NCBI RefSeq assembly: GCF_964213995.1 | Contig: NC_135801.1 | Span: 37,696,001-37,760,000, forward strand | Length of the DNA stretch: 64,000 bases | Source: Mustelus asterias | Lineage: Eukaryota | Direction: 5' to 3' | Shown here: positions 1 through 9,692 of the stretch, piece after piece | How the letters are laid out: every line of letters starts with the position of its first letter | Numbering within the stretch: the first letter of the stretch is position 1 | The notes under the pieces: generated by a model | The model's input: only the letters and a program-made list of their open reading frames with translations | What the model was told of the DNA's origin: nothing | Database searches by the model: none | Program-made: the position numbers and the translations under genes

Positions 1-660
1 AAAAATCCAAAAACTTCTTAGCAAGAAAAACTCAACTGATTAATCTAAATATAACCTATTCAATTTAGTTCTGTCTCTGTCCAAAAACCTGTGGATGTAG
101 GCTCACTTGTCAATTTAGAATTCTAAGCTCAATTGCCTAGAGATCTTTCAATAATTGCTAATTACTTTTCCTCATTTATTGGTACATCACTAATGGAAGG
201 TTATAGCAGAGGCAATAGTAGAAGATCAAAAGCAATCTCTTCACAGTAATTTGTAATTGAAATTTTTGTTTTAAAAATGTCTACCTCAACATTACCTTGT
301 GGACTAAAATACTGAAAACAGTGGAAATGCTAAATTCAGTCACCTGATTTAAGGTCAAGCCACAAGCGAATCCCGTTCTCAATTGCAACAATGCACAGGG
401 GTGTAAGAGATATCAAAGAGATAATCATATTAACTACAGGTTATATTTAACATACTTGAGAGTTCAACCTACTTATTCTATATCTAGTATTTTTAAAATT
501 ACTACCCTAGAAGTATTGTTAAATTCTTAGAAATATTTTTTTAAAAAGTCACTTTATACAAAATTAAAAATACTTCTGAATACATATCTAGAGAAAAATA
601 AAGAATATTAAAAATTGTTAGTAAATTTTTAATTGTGAATATATTATTAGTCATGTAGAC

Positions 661-970
661 ATAATTCTCAGCCTTTTGGCTAAGATCAAGTTTAGTATCG
701 ACATGCTGTGCTTGTTTGAAGTCATTAGGTTACATTTTAGCTTCATTTGAAGCAATTTTTAAAAGTGGCATCTTGGCCTTTTGGCTAAGATGCAAATAAG
801 ATCAAGCTTTGGAGGAGGAGCTATGCCTACTCCAATCGGCTTGGATCATGTAGATCAAGCCCAAGACAGGAGGTGAGAGCCCTGTCTTGTCAGCTTGGAT
901 CGGGAACGTCTCAACTTGTTGAGACTCTGAATTGGACTTGATTTGATTGAATTGGAATAAAAACAAAAAA
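661..970 (+). mobile_element. U2 snRNA-headed short interspersed repeat, copy 1 (candidate SINEU-like element)
   Basis: TTCTCaGCCTTTTGGCTAAGATCAAGTtTAGTATC matches U2 nt ~6-40; second U2 fragment TCTtGGCCTTTTGGCTAAGAT at 771-791; hairpin-rich body; ATTG-type/A-rich tail; homologous copy at 41709-41982. Confidence 0.8.
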
Positions 971-1475
971 AGACTTAAGTACTGGGAATGAATACATTCA
1001 ACAACATGGAAAAGGTTTAGGAATGTAACCGAGTGCCAAAACACAGTTTTGGTACTATGATTCATCATGTGTTTACTGATCTGCTGTGCTGTTATAGAAA
1101 GGGATAGAGCAAAGACCATTAACCTCTCCCAAAGAAAGTAACATTTTAAATTTGGTAACACTGGCATTGTTACATATTTCTCAATGGCTAGTTATGTAAC
1201 AGCATTTGAAAAAAATCTCAAATTTATCTTCTTGCCCTTCGTAGCCAATTAGCACGGATACATACCAGAAAGTACGGTGAAAAAGGAGGAAATAAATATT
1301 CCTTCAAAAATTGAAAGAAGTTTCACAAAGTTTAACTGTATCTTTTTGCATTTACTAGCTTCCTTTGGTGACTTCAGCTGAGAGTGACATGAGAAATACA
1401 ATTTAGCACTGACTGAATCCCCAAAAATGCAAGCCAACAAAGTTGTACACAACAATCATTTAAGTGGACAAATTC

Positions 1476-2404
1476 CACAAAGATAAGTGGAAAAGTGAAT
1501 CGTGTGGAGGACGGAGAAGATCTGCAGAGAGATTTGGACAGGCTGAGTGAGTGGGCGAGGATATGGCAAATGGAGTATAACGTTGAGAAATGCGAGGTTA
1601 TACACTTTGGAGGAAATAATAACAAATGGGATTACTATCTCAATGGAAACAAATTAAAACATGCTACCGTGCAAAGGGACCTGGGGGTCCTTGTGCATGA
1701 GACGCAAAAGCCCAGTCTGCAGGTACAACAGGTGATCAAGAAGGCAAATGGGATGTTGGCCTATATCGCGAGGGGGATAGAATATAAAAGCAGGGATGTC
1801 TTGATGCACCTGTACAGGGCATTGGTGAGGCCGCAGCTGGAATACTGTGTGCAGTATTGGTCCCCTTATATGAGGAAGGATATATTGGCATTGGAGGGAG
1901 TGCAGAGAAGGTTCACCAGGTTGATACCGGAGATGAGGGGTTTGGATTATGAGGAGAGGCTGAGGAGATTGGGTTTGTACTCATTGGAGTTTAGAAGGAT
2001 GAGGGGGGATCTTATGGAGACTTATAAGATAATGCGGGGGCTGGATAGGGTGGAGGCGGAGAGATTCTTTCCACTTAGTAAGGAAGTTAAAACTAGAGGA
2101 CACAGCCTCAAAATAAAGGGGGGTCGGTTTAAGACAGAGTTGAGGAGGAACCTCTTCTCCCAGAGGGTGGTGAATCTCTGGAATTCTCTGCCCACTGAGG
2201 TGGTGGAGGCTACCTCGCTGAATATGTTTAAAGCGCGGATGGATGGATTCCTGATCGGTAAGGGAATTAAGGGTTATGGGGATCAGGCGGGTAAGTGGTA
2301 CTGATCCACGTCAGATCAGCCATGATCTTATTGAATGGCGGGGCAGGCTCGAGGGGCTAGATGGCCTACTCCTGCTCCTATTTCTTATGTTCTTATGTTC
2401 TTAT
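1476..2404 (+). mobile_element. Young 5'-truncated CR1 LINE (HER1-like family A): RT C-terminus plus 3' UTR
   Basis: Uninterrupted ORF 1495-2304 (WQMEYNVEKC, LVRPQLEYCVQYWSP, RRMRGDL); (TTCTTATG)n tail. Confidence 0.95.
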
Positions 2405-3013
2405 TAACACTAATGAACTGATGTGGTGCTGAAGTTATAATAGCACCCTGTATAGACAAGTAGAAGTATCCAATTCATGCTGCAGAGCAACTAATGGGTG
2501 GTTTGAAATGAGGTTATTAGGGGTGGCATTTCAAAAGAACTTTAAATTAATGCGGAGAAAGACTATGTTGAATATATTCTTAACTCAGCCAGGGTGCCCA
2601 TCTTTCCCTGCATATATGCCAGGTAGAATGAATAATCTAAAATTGAGTTTCGCCAAGCATGAATGTAGAATACGAAACTGAAGCGATTTATAAACAGCAC
2701 CCATGTTGCAGCATCCCTTTGTATTTAATATATAAAACTCCATTATTAGCATTATGCTCAATATTAATTCTTGAACCAACACCACAATATTAAGACCTAT
2801 CATGTCATTATTGCTGGAGTAGCAAAGATGGAACTTTATCCATCATTAAATACAAGTTATTGTTGAGTGGAAAATTAGAGGTTAACAACAGCATAGCTAT
2901 TGTTCAACTGAAATCAGACTTCTCAGTGTACAAAACTGCACTTTAAAAAAAAAAGTTGATTAGAAACATACGTTACAGAATAATGTAGCTTAATAACATT
3001 TCTATTTCCTTAC

Positions 3014-3142
3014 CTTCAATTCACAGAAACGCTGATCAACGCCATGTTGACACAAGATGACAGATTTGGGCCTTTCCAATTCGTATTCTTGACACATGAC
3101 GTGAAAGATGAATGTCTGCCCCCACTCCAGCAGAGTTGCCAG
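3014..3142 (-). CDS. BLTP1: BLTP1 coding exon, last seen in window (LATLLEWGQTFIFHVMCQEYELERPKSVILCQHGVDQRFCELK)
   Basis: Read manually in a frame not listed in the ORF track: acceptor ttttctgtag|CTG, donor GAAG|gtaagg; 129 nt, phase 0-0. Confidence 0.95.
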
Positions 3143-4132
3143 CTACAGAAAATAAAGGTATCACAAACTTTGTTGGAGTACACAGACAAGAATAGAAAGT
3201 CAGAGAATATAAAGATAGAATACAGCAAAGTAGCTTGATCAATTCTACACCATTTTCTTGGTTATGTGAAAGAAATACAAATTATTCCTTGAATAAATGA
3301 CACTTGCCTTTTTTACACTAGGTTCACACAGTATCATAGAATGATTACAACACACAGATATTCAGCCCTTCAGTGCTGGCTCTCTACAAGGGCAACTCAG
3401 ATAATACCAACCCCCCATCCTTTACTGTAACTACAATTTTGCTCTCTTCAGGTGCTCATCCAATTACCTTTTGAAACCTACGATTGATTCGGGAAGAGTA
3501 GGGAGTAGGGGTGGAGGACCTGGGGGTAAGGAGGAAGATCCAGTTGTTGTGACCCACATAGGTATTAATGACAAAGGTAGCATTCGGGAAAACGTTCTGC
3601 CAAGGGAGTATGAGCAGCTAGGGGCTAAATAAAAAGCAGAACCACAAAGGTAACAAGCTTTGAATTACTACTCGAGCCACAAATAAACTAGTATAGCGTA
3701 AATAAGATCAGAGTGTTGAATGCACGGCTAAGAATTGTGCGTGGAAGAAACTGGGCATTGGCACCGTACAAGGTTCTTCATTTGAACTGTGCTTTGACAC
3801 TGTCCTGCTAAATCGCATAACTAATCATATAGCTGTAGTGAGGGGGAGGATGCACACGAGGGGTGATTTGGAAAGTTAACAAAGGACATGGCAATAGTGC
3901 AGGGAAATGATAGCCAGAGTGTGACAAGAAAGGGCAGAGCATACAAACATAAGGACACACCAGCAAATAGGGTCAGGGTAGCAGAAAATGGTCAAAAGAC
4001 AGAATCAAAGGCTTTTATGAATGCTATGTGTAATATCTGGATAGGAAGAAAGAGTAAGAGGTGAGGTAGCTCTGTTAATGAAAAATTAGGTCAGTACGGT
4101 TGTGAGAAATGATCTGGCTCAGAAGATCACAA

Positions 4133-5314
4133 TGATAAGGTGCCCCATAAAAGGCTGCTGAAGAAGATTAGGGCACACGGAGTTGGGGGTAGTGTGTTAA
4201 AGTGGATTGGGGACTGGCTATCCGACAGGAAGCAAAGAGTCGGAATAAATGGGTGTTTTTCCGGTTGGAGGAAGGTAACTAGTGGCGTGCCGCAGGGATC
4301 GGTACTCGGGCCGCAACTATTTACCATTTATATAGATGATCTGGAGGAGGGGACGGAGTGTAGGGTAACGAAGTTTGCAGACGACACAAAGATAAGTGGA
4401 AAAGTGAATCGTGTGGAGGACGGAGAAGATCTGCAGAGAGATTTGGACAGGCTGAGTGAGTGGGCGAGGATATGGCAAATGGAGTATAACGTTGAGAAAT
4501 GCGAGGTTATACACTTTGGAGGAAATAATAACAAATGGGATTACTATCTCAATGGAAACAAATTAAAACATGCTACCGTGCAAAGGGACCTGGGGGTCCT
4601 TGTGCATGAGACGCAAAAGCCCAGTCTGCAGGTACAACAGGTGATCAAGAAGGCAAATGGGATGTTGGCCTATATTGCGAGGGGGATAGAATATAAAAGC
4701 AGGGATGTCTTGATGCACCTGTACAGGGCATTGGTGAGGCCGCAGCTGGAATACTGTGTGCAGTATTGGTCCCCTTATATGAGGAAGGATATATTGGCAT
4801 TGGAGGGAGTGCAGAGAAGGTTCACCAGGTTGATACCGGAGATGAGGCGTTTGGATTATGAGGAGAGGCTGAGGAGATTGGGTTTGTATTCGTTGGAGTT
4901 TAGAAGGATGAGGGGGGATCTTATGGAGACTTATAAGATAATGCGGGGGCTGGATAGGGTGGAGGCTGAGAGATTCTTTCCACTTAGTAAGGAAGTTAAA
5001 ACTAGAGGACACAGCCTCAAAATAAAGGGGGGTCGGTTTAAGACAGAGTTGAGGAGGAACTTTTTCTCCCAGAGGGTGGTGAATCTCTGGAATTCTCTGC
5101 CCACTGAGGTGGTGGAGGCTACCTCGCTGAATATGTTTAAAGCGCGGATGGATGGATTCCTGATCGGTAAGGGAATTAAGGGTTATGGGGATCAGGCGGG
5201 TAAGTGGTATTGATCCACGTCAGATCAGCCATGATCTTATTGAATGGCGGGGCAGGCTCGAGGGGCTAGATGGCCTACTCCTGCTCCTATTTCTTATGTT
5301 CTTATGTTCTTATG
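4133..5314 (+). mobile_element. Young 5'-truncated CR1 LINE (family A) nested in the old CR1
   Basis: Open frame 4140-5213 with SGVPQGSVLGP and KFADDTK; (TTCTTATG)n tail; nearly identical to 1476-2404. Confidence 0.95.
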
Positions 5315-6310
5315 TACAATCAGTCTGGGTGGAAATAAGAAATAGTAAAGCAAGAAGTCAGTGATGGGAGTGGTTTATAGGCACTCTAACAGAGCTACAA
5401 TGTAGGACAAAGTATATATCAAGAAATAATGGGGGTCTGTAATAATGGGGGTATTTAATCTTCATACACATTGGATGAATCAAATCGGCAGAGGTAGCCT
5501 TGAGGATGAGTTCAAAGAGTGTGTTTGGGACAGTTTCCTCAGAACTATAAGTTCTGGAACCAACCAGGGAATGGGATATTTTGTGCAATGAGACAGGATT
5601 AATAATCACATTGTAAAGGATCTTCTAGGTAAGAGGGATCATAGCACAGTTGAACCTCACATTCAGTTTGAAGGTGAGAAATTTGGGTCTGAAACTATTG
5701 TGTCAAAACTAAATAAAAGCAATTACAAGAGTATGAAAGCAGTTGGCTAAAGACTGAGAAAATAGGTTAAAAGGTAAAACTGTAAGAGAAGTAATGACCA
5801 TCATTTAACGAGATATTTCATAATATATTCCACTGAGAGAGAAATGCTCCATGAGACAGATATACTATCAGTGGCCAATGAAGTTAAGGATAGCATCAAA
5901 TTGAAATAAAAGGTGCACAACTCTGTGAAGATTAGTTGTTGGCCAGAAGATTGTGAAAATATTAGAAACCAGCAGACTAAAAAAGAACAGGTAAAACAAA
6001 AATGAGAATAAAGTAACAAGGAATATAAAACCAGACAGTAAGAGCTTTTACAAGTATATAAAGAAAAAGAGATTAACTCAAGTAAACATTCATTCCTTTG
6101 AGGATGGGACTAGGGAATTAATAATGGGAAACAAGGAAATGGCAGAGACTTTGAACAATCTATCTTCACGGTAGAAAACACAAAAAAATCCCAATAGTAG
6201 TAGAAATTCAACAGCCTATAAAGGGAAGAACTTAAAACAATTACAATCACTAGGAAAAAAAAGTACAAGAAAAACTAATGGGAGCAAAGGTTGACAAGGT
6301 CTCCTGGACC

Positions 6311-6434
6311 CTCACCTGATGAAGGAGCGGCGCTCCGAAAGCTCGTGCTACCAAATAAACCTGTTGGACTTTAACCTGATATTGTGAGACTACTTACCGT
6401 GCCCACCCCAGTCCAACGCCGGCAACTCCACATC
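6311..6434 (+). mobile_element. Short Penelope-like pLTR fragment carrying a hammerhead ribozyme
   Basis: Hammerhead core followed by AATAAA; homologous to 48206-48334 (-). Confidence 0.8.
6313..6347 (+). ncRNA. Minimal type I hammerhead ribozyme
   Basis: CAC-CTGATGA-A-GGAGC(GGC)GCTCC-GAAA-GC-TC-GTG: conserved core, 5-bp stem II, palindromic AGCT stem III, stem I CAC/GTG. Confidence 0.75.
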
Positions 6435-6979
6435 TTGGCTGAAAATATAATGTATGCATTGGTTGTTCTTTTTCAAAATTCCCCAATTTGGGAAAGACCC
6501 ATGCAGATTGGAAAATGATAAATGTAATACCATTAGTCAAGAAAATGGGAGACAGAAAGCAGGAATCTACAGGTCAGTGAGCCTAACATCTATCATTGCG
6601 AAAATTCTGGAATCCATTAATAAGGAAGTAGTAGCAGGAAATTTAGTAAACTATAATACAATCAGGCAGAGTCAACACTGTTAATGTAAAGGAAGTAATT
6701 TTTGACAAATTTTGGGCATTCAGGGAGGATGTTGCAAGCAGGATGGTAACGGGGAACCAGAAAATGTAGTATTCTTGAATTTCCTAAAGCCATTCAATAA
6801 GGTACCACAAAAGGTTGCTACACAAGAGCTCTTGCTGAAGGTAACATGTGAGCACGGATGGCGGAGTTGCTAAACAACAGAAAACTGTCATGATGACTGG
6901 GTAATTTTTAATTGGCAAACTGTAAACAGTGGAGTACCACAGGGATCAGTGGTGACGTCTTAACTATTTACAATATATA

Positions 6980-7192
6980 AAAAGGTAAAATTGCCATAGT
7001 CCCAGATGACCATAGGATGCTCTTCCTTTTGATGGGAAGGGCTGACTGGTAGTAATTTAACCTGAAGATCACCACACCTCAGGTGAGGGGAAAGGTTGAG
7101 AAGGCAGGCCTTCATGAATAATCTCAGCTGGTATTAAACCCATGCTGTTGGCGTCGCTCTGCATCACTAACCAGCTCCAACTGAGCTAAACC
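6980..7192 (-). mobile_element. tRNA-derived SINE (family distinct from HE1-like)
   Basis: Minus strand begins GGTTTAGCTCAGTTGG (A box), B-box-like GGTTTAATACC, ends CCTATGGTCATCTGGGACTATGGC; related internally deleted copy at 20250-20348. Confidence 0.75.
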
Positions 7193-8373
7193 AAATCCCT
7201 TCATAATACATATCAATGACTTGGATGAAGGCACAGACTGTAGTGTAGCCAAACCTGCTAAAAATACAAGGATAGGAGAGAAGGACATCAAGAGTTTGCA
7301 AAGGGATATAGATGAGTAGGCAAAAAAACTGGCAGATTAAGTATAATGTGGGAAAATGTGAAATTGTCCACTTTGACATGGAAGGATAGAAAAGCAGAAT
7401 ATTATTCAAATAGAGGGAGATTGCAGAACACTGTTAGAGAGGGATCTGAGTGGATTTGTACATAAATCATAAAGTCAACTTGGAGGTACGGCAAATAATT
7501 AGGAAGACAAATAGGATGTTGCCTTTTATGAAAAGGGATTGGAGCAGAAAAGGCAGGAAAACCTTGCTACTTCTGTACAGGGCATTGATGAAAACACACC
7601 TAGAGTATGTGTACAGTTTTGATCTTATTTTGAGAGAAATACTTGCATTGGAAGCAGTTCAGAGAAGGTTCACGAAGCTGATTCCTGGGATGAATGGGTT
7701 GTCTTATGAGGAAAGTTTGAGTAGGTTTGGCCTATGCACACTGGAGTTAAGAATAAGAGGTGATCTTATTGAAACATGCAAGATTGAATGAGCTTGACAA
7801 AGTAGATGCAAAGAGAATGTTCCCTTTCATGGGGATAATCTAGAACAAGGAGAAATGTCTTACTTCAAAGAGTTAATTGTTGGAATTCTCTACCCCAGAG
7901 AGTAGCATCACCTGGCTCAGCCATGAATATACTCAGATTTTTGATTTACAGGAAGTGAAGGTTTATGGGACCACGGACTCAAAGGGCCAAATCACCTAGT
8001 GCTGCTCCTATTTCTTATTTTGCCTCCACCAACCTCTCAGGCAATGCATTTCAGATTCTGATCGCTCGCTAGACACAATTTTTCCTCATGTCACCCTTGA
8101 TTCATTTGACATTCACCTTACTCTTCAGCCAATGGAAACAGTTTCTCTCTATCTATTAGAGCCCTCACGATTTTGAACATCTCTGTCAAATCTCCTCTCA
8201 TCCTTCTCTTCTCTCAGAAGACAAGCCCCATGCATGCATGTAACTGAACTCCCTCATCCCTGGAACTATTCTTTTAATGTCTTCATAGTCTTCCTTAAAT
8301 GCAGTACCCATGAATTGACACAACACTCAAGTTAAGGCCAAACTACAAAGGCTCATCATAAGTTCTTTGCTTT

Positions 8374-8713
8374 TAGAACCATAGAATCCCTACAGTGCAG
8401 AAAGAGGCCATTCGGCCCATCAAGTCTGCATCAAATCTCCAAAAGAGCATCTTATCCAGTCTCACCCCCACCCTATCCCCCTGCATGCACCATGGCTAAT
8501 CCACCCAACCTGCACATCTTTGGACACTAAGGGGCAATTTAGTGTGGCTAATTCATCTAATTTGCACATCTTTGGGCTGTGGGAGGAAACCAGAGCACCT
8601 GGAGGAAACCCACAAAGACGCAGGGAGAACAGCCAAACAGATAGTCACCCATGACTGGAATTGAACCTGGGTCCCTGGCACTGTGAGGTGAACAACTCTG
8701 CTACCGTGCTGCC
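8374..8713 (-). mobile_element. HE1-like V-SINE with CR1-type tail, inside a decayed minus-strand CR1 (~8025-8915)
   Basis: tRNA head GGCAGCACGGTAGC...GGTTCAATTCC, V-domain GTGGGTTTCCTCCAGGTGCTC, tail CACTGTAGGGATTCTATG. Confidence 0.85.
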
Positions 8714-8919
8714 TTGTACTCTATGGATTTATAATTATAACGCCTAAGGTCCTGTATGCCTATTTAATCATTTTCTCAATTTGCCCAGCTACCTTCAATG
8801 ATTTATACACATATACCCCAGGTCTCAATTCCTGCACAGACTTTAGAATTGCACCCTTTTTTAAATTGCCTCTCCTGCTTTTTCCTTCCAAAATGCATCA
8901 TGTCACACTTCTATGCTTA

Positions 8920-9692
8920 CATTTTGGTCCACTCTTCTATCACCTCAACACCCACTCCCACAGCACCTTCCCATGCACGCACAGGAGATACAACAGTTGC
9001 CTACTACCTCCTCTTTCTACCCACCATGGTCCATACATTTCTTTTAAGTAATACAGCAATTTTGTTTGCACTTCTTTCAATTTAGCATGCTGTATTTGCT
9101 GCTTATGATGCTTTCTTCTCTACATTGGGCAGACCAAACACTGATTGGGCGATTGCTGTGCTCAACATCTCTGTTCAGTCCTGAGCTATTATTCTCTTGC
9201 CATTTTAATTCTCCATCATAGTCCCACCTCCCCACATTGTTTCACAATGAAACTCAATGGGAGCTCAAGGAACGGTACCTCATCTTTCAATTATACACTT
9301 CACAACCTTCCAGATCAACATCAATAAATTTCACATCATAACCACTGCTCCCACTTTTTTGTACGAGGTTCTGCTGCTGCCATTTACAGCGCCTCTGGAC
9401 TCATTTTAAAATTCCTTTACTCGTTCCATGACAGCCCGCTGTTTTCTTGCATCTTCATCCCTCTTATGTCATCATTTCTGCCCTCCACCCTATTATAGAC
9501 ATTCCCTTTTTTTCTACCCTCCTCCTCCACCCACCAATCCTACTTTCCCTGCCTCTGTTAAAAATCTGCATGGAAATTGTTATCTATTCCATTTCTGATG
9601 AACAATCATCATTCCGAGATGTTAATTCTGTTCCTTTCTCTCCACAGATGCTGCCTGACCTGTTGAACATTGCCAGCATTTTCTGTTTTTTC
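8920..9692 (+). mobile_element. Degenerate Penelope-like element 3' part (GIY-YIG remnant plus pLTR)
   Basis: 9118-9175 translates LYIGQTKH*LGDCCAQHL; decayed hammerhead CTGATGAA...cGAGAtgtt at 9595-9623; terminal CTCTCCACAGATGCTGCC motif shared with 21375 and 37912. Confidence 0.65.

Larger units (their letters stand above)
3490..8020 (+). mobile_element. Old degenerate long CR1 LINE hosting three younger insertions
   Basis: Decayed ORF1 esterase-like motif (VVVTHIGIND) near 3540, RT fragments (YRSVSLTS, LEAVQRRFTKLIPG) and CR1 3' end near 7980-8020; many stops and frameshifts. Confidence 0.8.

Noticed and set aside
661-800. Functional U2 snRNA gene
   Set aside because: Only the first ~40 nt match; the Sm site and 3' stem-loops are absent and the branch-pairing region is mutated.
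802-1167. 121-aa minus-strand ORF
   Set aside because: Runs antisense through the U2-headed repeat and AT-rich flank; no recognisable domain or splice context.
2585-2803. ORF containing KGCCNMGAV, loosely like the downstream BLTP1 sequence
   Set aside because: No extended similarity and no fitting splice sites; the next exon probably lies outside the window.
3016-3242. Three listed ORFs over the 3.1-kb exon
   Set aside because: All are wrong-frame or antisense; the true exon is in the third minus frame.
1495-5213. Long RT ORFs (also 32840, 50327, 60830) as host genes or autonomous elements
   Set aside because: All are 5'-truncated CR1 ORF2 ends with no endonuclease, ORF1 or true start; openness reflects young age.
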